Below are positions 1-9,802 of a DNA stretch of 30,111 nt, piece by piece. The first letter of the stretch is position 1, and every line of letters begins with the position of its first letter. The stretch spans positions 1 through 30,111 of the forward strand of contig JAYZAY010000081.1 in NCBI GenBank assembly GCA_036339465.1, given 5' to 3'. A model generated the notes under the pieces. The model saw only the letters and a program-made list of their open reading frames with translations, was not told the DNA's origin and did no database searches. The position numbers and the translations under genes were made by a program. Source of the DNA: Myxococcota bacterium (lineage in GTDB: Bacteria; Myxococcota; XYA12-FULL-58-9; JABJBS01).

Positions 1-1407
1 GTGGTTGATGCCTTGGGATGTCTTTTTACCCCATGGTTTGGTTGTATGCTTGATTAAAAAACTAGAGCAAGAATTTCAAGCACAAAAAAGAGTCGGTGGC
101 AAATTAGTAGTCGTGGCTGTTTCTTTCACCATTGAAAGACAAACACAAAAATAAACATCGGACAAAATGTTGGTCGGCGTCAATTGCATCATTAAGGGAA
201 CCAATTCGGGCTTGAGTCGATTTCATCGAAGCTGATTTGTGGAGCATCTTTAGCATCTTTTTTTGTTTCCTTCTTTTTCCAAGACGCCTAATTTCTGAGA
301 CCCGAAAAAAAGAATCGGGCCTGGAGCTTGAGGAAGAAAATGGAAAAACTCAGGCAGTCAAATATTTTCTCCACGAGACTGGCTTAAAGCGCTACATGTC
401 TCCCGATTTTCTTTTTGATATATTGAACGGCAACCTCGCTGTGGCTCGGTTACCGAGACTTTAGTTCATCAATGTTGTATTTTCTGTTCGATGCGGGTTT
501 AAGCCTACCGCTGATGTTCTTGGTTCCGGGAATAGTGCAGCCTTTTTGAATCAATTCCTGACGGCCATCAGTGACGTAGCCTTTGACGATGGGGCACCAA
601 TGATAATTTTATTGGCGATTGGGTCATTGTTTAATTTGGGGGACCGAAAAAAACGGGACATGGAAGAACAAAGAAAACAAACCCCCTCTTAAGGTGCCTT
701 GGTCATACACTTTGCAAGATCGTATTCCTAGAATAGGAATATTGTATTTCAGTGTCATCTTCGCCGAACTTCATTTGTGAACTATTCTCGTGTTCTATTC
801 CCGTGGTCAAGCCTAAGGGAATCAACTCGACTTTGACGGAAACACCGCAGCGCACGATGAACGGCGCGGTAAATACGGCCTTAGGATTGGGGCGTCAAGA
901 AATCCATTGGGATCTCTCTATGACCGTTTTTGGTGAGAATCGATGGTTTTAAATGGCGCAGTCCTTGTGGGGCCCTTTGGCAAAGGCATTGAGTTTTATG
1001 AGTAAAAGGTGGTGATTGTTGTCGTCGTCCCCGTTTGTTACAGCACCTGAATATGAACTTGCTCGTCCCTTATTCAACGTGGTCCTAGGTCTATTTCGAG
1101 TGATTCACGCTTCCGCAATTGATTCGAATGGGGGGCAACTTTCAGGGTGTCTCAGACTCACCTCCGATAGACAATTGGCCCAGTTATCAGTGAAGTGTTT
1201 CTCTGGCTAAAGATTCATACAAATTTCGTCGCAACTTTGGAGATAGAAGAAGCGTTCTAACCAACTGGGGTAGAAAGAAGTAAACTCTTTTTTCGCTGCG
1301 GTTTTGGCAGTTAGGTAGCCGAGACGGTTGAACCCGAAAATCCAGGTTCCCTCCGTGGGGAATAATTTGGGACTTTTTGGGTTTTGGATTTATCGAGAAG
1401 AAGGTTT

Positions 1408-3348
1408 CTATTCGCCGATGTGTCGAAGTTTGAATGGCGCAAAGGAGTCATAGATTCCGGGTCTACGGGATCGGGTTGATGCCATGGTAGGACCAACGAT
1501 GCGTCGGCGTTTGGGTTGGGGTTGGGCTAGATCGGGGTCAGCAACCATAACGACCTGTTCACCACCGTTGTCTGATATATTGACCTTGCCATTACTACCT
1601 TTCGCCAAAACCGCGCGTCCCCAAGGTACGGGCGCGACTACGGTGTTGATGCTGTTGACATCGGACAAGAGTCGTAAATCTACGAGGTGACCATCGACTT
1701 GCGAGAGTGGGGTGTATTGCTGCACAATAAAAGAGTCAGGTTCTTTTACAATGATGTCCTTTAAGGCTGCAAATGAGTCCCAACTATCCATTTTAGCGCC
1801 AACCCAAACCGATTTTCCACCGCGGCCATCCACGCGTTTGATGACGTATGAGGCCTTGTTCTGAGTGGTCTCGTCAAAGACCTTGTTGAAGAGTGTTTGA
1901 TCGAGGACTTCTTTTCCTGTCTTTGAAAAAGTACGAAATGTTCGTGTGGGAAGATTCTTGATGATGGGTTTTTCGCCGAGATAGAATTCAATCATTTTTT
2001 CCACGTAAATATAGAATTCTTTATCGCCAATAAAATCAGAGCCAGGGGCGTTGTTTATCCCCACGTTGCCTTTGTAGAACTCTCCAAGTAAACCAGAAAT
2101 CCCGCCTTCTCTTAGGGATTCAAGAATCTCGGGATTGTTTGTGGCGAAGTAAGCTTCAATTTTGCCGGCGTCTATTTTTCCATCCTTTGTTTCCACGAGT
2201 AACTTTCGTAGAAGTCTATTTTGGGACTTGATCGAGGAAATTTCTTTTTTACTGCCGTTGCTTTTTGAAATGCCTTCGACTGTGTCGTCGTTGTCTTCGA
2301 TGAGTTCAAGCACCTGTCGTTTCAGGTTTGATGCATAAATAGATGGATGGGTAGGGTCGATGTCATTGGGTTCCATATCGGCAATGACAAAACCAACCTT
2401 TTCTTGGGTTTTTCCCTTGGTTTTAAGGTAGACACCGTCGCTTCTAACGACCAATGAATTTCTGAAGCGCTGATCGTCTAGATTATCTCGAACCATCACT
2501 GTTTCCACGCCCAATCGCCCAAAAATCTTCTGCATCCGGGAATCTTCCTGGTCTGCAACCACACTGTTGTCGTAGCGTAGTAAGACAACTTTATCGCTAC
2601 CGCCCTTACACCGTTGCTGGTAATTATCTACCAAAGCTTTGTAGAATTTTTCTGGGTTTGGCGTGTTGATCACTTTCTTGAGTTCCGGAATGTATTGGAA
2701 CATGATTTTCTTGGCTTTTTTGAGATCACCCATGCCACCGACGTGGCCAGGGTTGTCTTCAATAATGCGGAAATCTCCGTTGGGTCCTCGAATGATGTCA
2801 GGGCCGTACCAAAATCCCATATTAGAGCCATCGGTCCATTTTTCGATGCCGGATTCGTTGCTTCGTTTGATTATTTTTTGGAGAAGGCTTTCTGGAATGA
2901 CATTTCCACTCTGATAGGATTTGGTTCCACTATAATAATCGCTTAAAAATGCGCGTATGGCCTTGGCCCGCTGTTGCACCCCGGTTCGCAGCTGGTGAAT
3001 TTCCGATTTTCCTAGCATTCTTGGTACGGGAATCAAAATGTTGTCCCCATGGAAATCTGCCAGAGAGCGCTTACGAAAGTTATCCATTTGAGCTATGGTT
3101 TGCTTTTCAAGCACAGAAACCACGCCTCGGTAGGGATCTCGGACGGTGCCATTGGACGCATAAATTTCATCGTAACCCATGCTGATGGTGGGGCGGCATT
3201 CTGTTTCGAAACAGTCGGTTACGCTAGATGTTTCTAGTGCACCTTTATTACTGCCTTGGTTTCTGCTTCGTGGCCCGCGAGTTTGAGGGTCGCTGGAGGT
3301 AATGTGGTTAGACGTAACTAGGCCCGAGCTTTTAGGTACAGAAAACAT
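1408..3348 (-). CDS. Circularly permuted type 2 ATP-grasp protein (DUF404/DUF407-like peptide ligase), divergent
   Basis: Family motifs in the expected order: YDEI..NG.VRDPY, GPDIIRGPNGDFRIIEDN, NAPGSDFIGDK.FY.YVEKMIEFYLGEKPII.NLPT, VIKRVDGRGG, FIVQQY.PLS, VDLR, VNISDNGG. AGGAGA RBS (3354-3359, minus strand) lies 5 nt before the ATG at 3348. Confidence 0.88.
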   Translation of the reverse strand: MFSVPKSSGLVTSNHITSSDPQTRGPRSRNQGSNKGALETSSVTDCFETECRPTISMGYDEIYASNGTVRDPYRGVVSVLEKQTIAQMDNFRKRSLADFHGDNILIPVPRMLGKSEIHQLRTGVQQRAKAIRAFLSDYYSGTKSYQSGNVIPESLLQKIIKRSNESGIEKWTDGSNMGFWYGPDIIRGPNGDFRIIEDNPGHVGGMGDLKKAKKIMFQYIPELKKVINTPNPEKFYKALVDNYQQRCKGGSDKVVLLRYDNSVVADQEDSRMQKIFGRLGVETVMVRDNLDDQRFRNSLVVRSDGVYLKTKGKTQEKVGFVIADMEPNDIDPTHPSIYASNLKRQVLELIEDNDDTVEGISKSNGSKKEISSIKSQNRLLRKLLVETKDGKIDAGKIEAYFATNNPEILESLREGGISGLLGEFYKGNVGINNAPGSDFIGDKEFYIYVEKMIEFYLGEKPIIKNLPTRTFRTFSKTGKEVLDQTLFNKVFDETTQNKASYVIKRVDGRGGKSVWVGAKMDSWDSFAALKDIIVKEPDSFIVQQYTPLSQVDGHLVDLRLLSDVNSINTVVAPVPWGRAVLAKGSNGKVNISDNGGEQVVMVADPDLAQPQPKRRRIVGPTMASTRSRRPGIYDSFAPFKLRHIGE

Positions 3349-4288
3349 AGTTTTCTCCTGATGCGATGGTTGGTATCGGTGCGGAAAGTTCCAATCGCGA
3401 GTCCGCGATATGACTCATCCTCGTTATCGGAACGAAAATCTAACTGGTGCGGATTAATTACATCGAGGTTAGAAAATAGTTGGCCAAGTTATTGAGAGGC
3501 AGGGCACGAAGTTTTGGATGAAAGGGAAGGGGTGGTGGCATATACCGTTGCAAGACGCTCTTCGTTTTGCGCGGAGAAAGTTTTCACCCGGATTATTGCA
3601 GGTCTTTTTCGGGTCGGGTGCTTGGGCCGGATGATGGTCAACGGGGATGAATCAATGCGATTTTAAGAGTCCGACGGCTGTTGCCAAAATAGTTACTCTT
3701 TTGGTTTTTGAGTTTGCTTCAATAGGCCCAGCAACTTTGTCATCTATTTTCTCCCAGGAGTTCTATCCAACGGGCCAATGGGGCTTGTTTCCTTCTTCCA
3801 TTCTCGGAGTAGTTTCCCTAGAATTTCATGATTTGGCACGGTTGCTTGCTTCCTAACGCGATTGAACACTTGTGGCGCAGCCAGATAGAGACGAACTGGT
3901 AGGTGGACAGGATGCCCACAAGAAAGTCTTTTAAGGTAAATATTTTGGCCTTAGAATTTGACATGTTGGTAAGGCTTTTGTCGATGGTTTGGTTTTCACA
4001 CTGGAGTGCCAGCCAGGCGAGTCTGGTGGGCAATTTTGGGTTTAGTCTGGTTTGGTTGGGCGAATCGTTGGAAGGCGAGTTTTCCCGGAGCGAGTGCGCG
4101 ATGCTAGAGAAGCGCTGGAGATTTGTGAGTCGAAGACTCCCTCTGGTGATTAAGGGGCGGTAGCTTCGGGGGTTTCGGCCTGTTTTGGGGTTGTTTGTGA
4201 GCTTTTTTTTCTTGCTTCGATGATCACCGGTTTTCTTTTCAGGGGTGAAGGATTATATCGCTCCAGTGTGATTACCAAAGGTGAGTGA

Positions 4289-4855
4289 TTGATGAAAAAT
4301 TCGAAATTTTTCTCCCTTCTATTTTCGGTCGTATTTGTAGGGGGTTTTGCCCAAGCAAAGACGATTTCCTTCCCCACAACCACCACGCTCGATTTCAAGG
4401 AAGGGACGGTGAGTATTGATTTGCCCGAGAGCTGGAAAGTCTCAAAAGAAAGACAGGATTTTCCCCATTTGGCTCAAGTCGGCTTTTATAAAGACCCCGA
4501 GTCGTTTTCCAAAATTGATATTTCTCTTTTTCGTCTTCGGGGAAAAGATCCGGCAAAGACGGCGAGATCGATTTCCAGTCTTGAGAAAAAAACTGGTGCG
4601 GGAACAGGTTTCATTGAACTCAAAGCGGATAAGGAGCTATCGAAGCGTGTACATATGGTTCACCTTGTTCATACACCGAAATTACCCGGTGGGTTTTCGA
4701 AGAAATCGGAACGGGTAAGAATTGTGTATTGGAATAAGGATTGGCCATTCGTTTTATCCTGTAAGGTAAAAGCGGAAGAAAAAGACGTTGAGGATCTTCC
4801 TGCATTGATCAAGGGGTGTTCAGACCTTAAGGTAAAACTTCGCACGGGCAAGTGA
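4289..4855 (+). CDS. Hypothetical exported protein with Sec signal peptide
   Basis: 188 aa. Basic N-terminus, hydrophobic core FFSLLFSVVFVGG and AQA cleavage motif; protein-like composition. Family not recognised. Confidence 0.7.
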   Translation: MMKNSKFFSLLFSVVFVGGFAQAKTISFPTTTTLDFKEGTVSIDLPESWKVSKERQDFPHLAQVGFYKDPESFSKIDISLFRLRGKDPAKTARSISSLEKKTGAGTGFIELKADKELSKRVHMVHLVHTPKLPGGFSKKSERVRIVYWNKDWPFVLSCKVKAEEKDVEDLPALIKGCSDLKVKLRTGK

Positions 4856-4857
4856 GC

Positions 4858-5009
4858 ATCTCACGATCTCACCCTCTCATCATCTCACCCTCTCACCATC
4901 TCATCATCTCACCCTCTCACCATCTCACCCTCTCACCATCTCACCCTCTCACCATCTCACCCTCTCACCATCTCACCCTCTCACCCTCTCACCATCTCAC
5001 CATCTCACC
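4858..5009. repeat. Tandem array of 19 x 8 bp units, consensus (A/C)TCTCACC
   Basis: Units counted directly. Mostly alternating ATCTCACC/CTCTCACC, with three variants (ATCTCACG, CTCTCATC, ATCTCATC) at the left end. Begins 2 nt after the TGA of the 188 aa gene. Confidence 0.97.
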
Positions 5010-6479
5010 ATTGCGATCCGAAGTTTTTACCCCCCCTTTTTTTCGCTGTCTTCGACCCATGTGAGTGTGTGTCTTGATTGGGGAAATAAGTTTTTCCTTT
5101 GTGTCGTATTTTCTTGTAGGCATCGTGAGTCTTGTTTTGGCCAAACGGTCCGGGCTTAGCCAGTGGAACGAACGAATTCGGCGGCCCAGAATAGGTCTTG
5201 GAAGGTCTCTTCGGTTTGGAGTTGGCATCCTCCACGCAAGAGTGCTCTGCGCAATTCTTCTTAAAGCCACTTGTGCCAATTTCCAAGGTGGAGATGGATT
5301 GGGGATGATACCGTTTTATGATGGACTGTTCGCGGCGTGACCTGGTGTAGGATATTGTGCTGCCTGCGAGCCATCAAACACGCTTCTCCCAAGATCTGGT
5401 ATGAATACACGGGTTTTTTTCTCCTTTGTGGGATTATTATGCTCTTGGTGTCATTTTTCAGGCAACGGATTTCATCTTTTCTTATTAACTTCACATCGTT
5501 ATGAGTTTTTTTGGGCGCTTGTCGTTGGTGCGAAATATTAGGTGCCTCCACGAGCGTGCATAATGATGGTTTCGAGGTGAGGTTTCGTAGGGATGGGCAG
5601 TTTGAGAATATTTGTGAAGCCAATGTGGTCCACCGCGGGATAAGGCCCGGAGGATATTTTGAAATTATCGAAGGCTCACCTGGTGACTTAGGTGTTGGGT
5701 CGCAATTTGGGCTTTTGAGGCAGTGGTTCGTTGTTGGATACCACGGGTTGAAAGGGTTGGGAGTAATGGCGCTTTGAGACAAATCGTCACAAAAATCAGG
5801 TTCGCGCAAAATTCGATGCCTTGACTACTTTCTTCGCAAACTTCCTCGGGGATCTCTTTGCAATTGAATGGCGGGGTATGGCCCGACCAATCTCGGTCAT
5901 TGGGGCTGGGATGTGGTTTGCAGAAGTACTGTGTCTGGTATTTAGAAATATTTGGGAGCTGTCGTTGTTGGGAGGACTTGTTGGCATTTTGAATGACTAT
6001 TTTGTGGATTAATAAAATGGTCCCAATGCCTTAGAATCATTAGAGAATGGTGCTGCTCCGTAAGCTTGTCTTGAAGTGGGCGAAAAAAAGAGAATGGCCG
6101 TTTTTTATGCCGGAGAGGTGGTGCAAGGGGGAGGTGGTTCAACAAAACATTGTAAAGGTGAGGCACCAAGAAATAAGTGTTTTCCAAATAGCTTTTTTAT
6201 ATCTTATCTTTGGGTTTGCGATCACACGATTTTCCCCCTCAAGAGTTTCTCTTCTTGGGAATGATTACTCAATATTTCAAATAGTTAGTGCTGGAATGTG
6301 CTGTAAGGGGTCTCAGGGGAGGTGTGATTGGCGACAACAATAGACCTGATTGGTGGTTGATCTGGGCCCATGTCGCATGTCATCATACTTAGTATAGGAA
6401 TTAGGCCCCCCTAAATAAGAGTCAAGCACTCATTATGTCGGTTAACTAATCTGATTCGTGCCTTATTCAAGGGCAGGGG

Positions 6480-7190
6480 ATGGTCGTCATGTCACAACTC
6501 GCGAAAAACATTTTTCCTGAAACATACACACCTCAAGTCTTCCCGAGCCAGAATGAAGTTTGTCGTTATTGGGATCCTATTCTTGAGCGCCGTGCGGCTA
6601 AATTGAAACCAGGGGAGTTCTGTTTTACGGCCAGCAATGAGTTGCTGGTGACGGTGTCGGGTTCGAGCTTAGTGGTTTGTGTTCGAGACAAATTGCGTCG
6701 GTTGGCAGGGATGACGCACTTTATATTGCCGGCCACCGGGCATTCCACCATCGATGTGACTACCACGGATTTGGTGGTTGAGTATGGTCGGAAGGCCATG
6801 TCTGGTTTGTTGGATTGTTTTTATCGCTTGGGGTCACGTCCAAATGCGATGGATGCTACTCTGGTGGGAGGGGGAAAAATTTGGCAGCCGACCTCTGACT
6901 ATGTGGATCGAACCCTTGGTTTTGGTCGTTTTTATCTGGGCAAAGAAGGCATCCGGATTGGCGGCGAATTTGTGGGCGGGACCATGCCTAAGAAGATCTA
7001 TTTCTCTCCCGATGAATCCTCACCGCGGGTAGAATTGCTGAAGACCTACACGCCCACCATTCGCGATCGGGAGGAATATTATCTTCGCTCCTTACGCTCA
7101 GACTGGATCCTGGGTTATCGACGCACTTCCATGAAATTCACGGGTGGAGCCGCTCGGCCTCGGCATTTACGGCCCAAAACAACCAGGTAG
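6480..7190 (+). CDS. cheD: CheD-family chemoreceptor glutamine deamidase homolog, catalytic Cys replaced by Ser
   Basis: YWDP...AAKLKPGEF, LVTVSGSSLVVCVRD, AGMTHFILP, YG.KAM..L, LVGGG, EGI.I.GEFVGG..PKKIYF match the proteobacterial CheD layout. Start may be 6489. Confidence 0.82.
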   Translation: MVVMSQLAKNIFPETYTPQVFPSQNEVCRYWDPILERRAAKLKPGEFCFTASNELLVTVSGSSLVVCVRDKLRRLAGMTHFILPATGHSTIDVTTTDLVVEYGRKAMSGLLDCFYRLGSRPNAMDATLVGGGKIWQPTSDYVDRTLGFGRFYLGKEGIRIGGEFVGGTMPKKIYFSPDESSPRVELLKTYTPTIRDREEYYLRSLRSDWILGYRRTSMKFTGGAARPRHLRPKTTR

Positions 7191-8050
7191 GTAGTCGTTG
7201 AATCGGTGAAAGCGTTGCCACTGGAGGCTGAGTTTGCTCCGGCGGCGTCCACCGCAGGGAATCTTTTTGCGGATGCTCATGTGTATGCCATTTCTTCGGC
7301 CGAGAGTCGCGTGCCTCGAAACAACCTCGTTAGGTCTTATTGAGTCTATGTGGTGGATGGTCTCGTCAGCACCGCCGCGACGATGTTACGGCTTATGGGG
7401 CGGTGATTTAAGGAAAGGGGAGTGAATCATGAAATTGGAGCTTTGGTGGGAAATTCCAACAGCAGCCATTGCCATAGATCGCTGAAGCAACAAAATCGGC
7501 GGTCACGCGGATACCCTCCAAAAAAGGCGTGTTCCACTTCTGCTTAAAGAAAATCCAAACTTCGTAAAATTACCGAGGGCATGATTTAAACCGACGAGGC
7601 GGATGTTCAATTGGTGTAGCTATTTTGTGCGCTTCCAAAGGCGTCTCGGTTATGTTCGGAGTCTTGATACGTGGGTATGGAGGTAAGGTCATCTTCTTAT
7701 GAGTACCGGCGCAGGGGCGGCAGAAGCGACAGCTTCACTGAGGCCCCTCTCCGGTTCTAGGTCTTTTTCGATGCGGGCCTCTTGGTCGTAGATATTCCAG
7801 GGTGGGAAATCTCGGAAGTAGCACCGGTTGAGCCCACAATGGCGGCCTCTGAATAGGCCAATTATATAAGGAGTGACCCTCCTCGCTCACTTGTTTATGG
7901 GGATCTTAGCCTGTTGATCTTGAAGCGGTGGTGCATGATTCTAGAGCCCACAAAATAAATGAGATTGCTTTTCTCTTGAAGTGAGACCTTTTTTCTCCCG
8001 AAGGTACTTTAGTGGTTGTTTTCTTAGGGAGGGATCCGGGACAATAGAGG

Positions 8051-9802
8051 ATGGCTGTGAACAAACTTCTCTACCGTGACCCCAAAACGACTCTAGTTTC
8101 TGAATGTGGTCGTTTGGTGGACGCATTTGGTGAGGGGCCGTGGCTCGTGGTTTCTCCACATGATGACGATATCATTTTAGGAATGGGAATGTTGATCGCT
8201 TGTGCCCGGCGCGAGCAGATTGAGGTGCGTGCGGTCATCGTGAGTGATGGCCGGATGGGCTATGTGCATCCTGAAGAACGCAGTTCCATTGTGGATGTTC
8301 GAAAGCGAGAACTTTTGTCGGCGATGGCCTGCTTGGGCGTTGGGGAGGAGGCTGTTTTTTGGATGGAGTTACCCGATGGCGACCTTGTCAATCACGTCGG
8401 GTGTAATGAAGAAGGTACGGGACTTGGCCAGAGACTGACGGCAATTATTCGGGAAGTTCGGGCGAAGGTTGTTTTTGGTCCCACCGAGCGGGATTTGCAT
8501 CCGGATCACCGGGTTACAAGCCGAGAGCTCGATATGGCTTGTTGTTGGGCGGAAAGTAGGATCTGGCTGGATATGGGATTGCCGGTGCAATTTGCAAAAC
8601 GCTACAGTTATGCGGTTTATTGCGCCTTTCCAGATGTGCCCGAATATCAAATACGAAATACATCCGCTTTTGCGTCAAAATTGGATGCATTGACATGCTT
8701 CAAGAGCCAGGAATCCATTGTGGGGATGATCGATCGGATCTCAGGGGATGGACCCGTGGAGTATATTCATCAGGCCCATTGGGTTCCTTATCGACCTTCT
8801 CTTTACGCCGATATTTTTGATGACGCCAAAAGGCCGAACGGAGAATTTGGCCCTTTGTTTTTAAGAGGATGCCGCGCCATTCTTTCGGTTTTGTCGGCCG
8901 GAGAGATCGAGCCTTGGGAAGCTCTGGTTGAAGCCATGGGCAATTTGGAGCGCCGGCCGCTGGTGATTGTGGCGGAGGGTTCGAGTGCCCTTTTTGCACC
9001 TGCTTTCTTGAATTCTCTTTTACGTCATTGGGAGATACCCGGGACTGTTAGCGTTATCGGCGGACGCCGCTGGACTCCTGACGAGGGGGCCAATGCCCAA
9101 GTCTTGTTTTTATCAAATTCCGGTCAGACTGAGGAGCTGGTGACTGTGGCTGAAGCCATGGCGTGTCCGGAGGATGCCTTGGCCCTCTTGGGGCGGGATG
9201 GGGGTCGACTCCAGGACCTTTTGCCTCGTTCTCTCGTGATGGATGGTCGTCGAGAGGAGACGGTGCCTGCCACCAACAGTGTTTTGGCCCAAGGACTTTA
9301 TCTGGGGCATGCTGCCGCAGCGGTCGCCGGTGAATGCGTACCTTGGAAGCGCGTAGAGGAAATGGTCACGCGGGGCTTAGATGGTATGGAAGAAGAGGGG
9401 GGATGGAGGATTCGCTCCGGGGTTGAACGAGTGTGGTGGGTGGACCCTACGGGTATTGTCGGTCCTGAGCTGGCGCTAAAGACAATGGAGGTAGCTGGGA
9501 TCCCCGGTGTGTGGCTTAATGGGAATCAATTATTTCATGGGGTTGAAGAGGCGCTGTCGAGCAGAGATTTACTGATATGGATGGTGCCGCCTCAATGTGA
9601 TCGGCCCCGACTGGAAGCCTTAGAAAAGAAATGCGGCTTTGAATTATTGAGTTTGGAAACATGTCCAAGTTTGAACGATGTTTTGGTGGCAGAGGGGCCA
9701 TGGGCGGCGTGGTCGGAATTGGTGGTTGGATGGCGGATTCTCTATGCTTTGGCCAAGGGGGTCGGCCATGATCCCGACCAACCGATTCATTTAGGGAAAT
9801 AG
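8051..9802 (+). CDS. Fusion of PIG-L family N-acetyl-sugar deacetylase and double-SIS (GlmS isomerase/GlmD-like) domain
   Basis: N-half: VVSPHDDD, VSDG.MG, LPDG, HPDH, K..AL..FKSQ. C-half: IVAEGSS, LSNSGQTEE, EETVPATNS, ELALKTME, LFHG, GHDPDQP.HLGK. One uninterrupted frame with GAGG before the ATG. Confidence 0.85.
   Translation: MAVNKLLYRDPKTTLVSECGRLVDAFGEGPWLVVSPHDDDIILGMGMLIACARREQIEVRAVIVSDGRMGYVHPEERSSIVDVRKRELLSAMACLGVGEEAVFWMELPDGDLVNHVGCNEEGTGLGQRLTAIIREVRAKVVFGPTERDLHPDHRVTSRELDMACCWAESRIWLDMGLPVQFAKRYSYAVYCAFPDVPEYQIRNTSAFASKLDALTCFKSQESIVGMIDRISGDGPVEYIHQAHWVPYRPSLYADIFDDAKRPNGEFGPLFLRGCRAILSVLSAGEIEPWEALVEAMGNLERRPLVIVAEGSSALFAPAFLNSLLRHWEIPGTVSVIGGRRWTPDEGANAQVLFLSNSGQTEELVTVAEAMACPEDALALLGRDGGRLQDLLPRSLVMDGRREETVPATNSVLAQGLYLGHAAAAVAGECVPWKRVEEMVTRGLDGMEEEGGWRIRSGVERVWWVDPTGIVGPELALKTMEVAGIPGVWLNGNQLFHGVEEALSSRDLLIWMVPPQCDRPRLEALEKKCGFELLSLETCPSLNDVLVAEGPWAAWSELVVGWRILYALAKGVGHDPDQPIHLGK

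Noticed and set aside
4858..5009. CRISPR array
   Set aside because: Contiguous 8 bp units with no unique spacers and no cas genes.
4852..5064. His/Ser/Pro-rich 70 aa ORF
   Set aside because: It is simply the translation of the 8 bp repeat; no independent coding evidence.
6410..6445. sigma28 promoter upstream of cheD
   Set aside because: TAAA and GTCGGTTA are present but at the wrong spacing.
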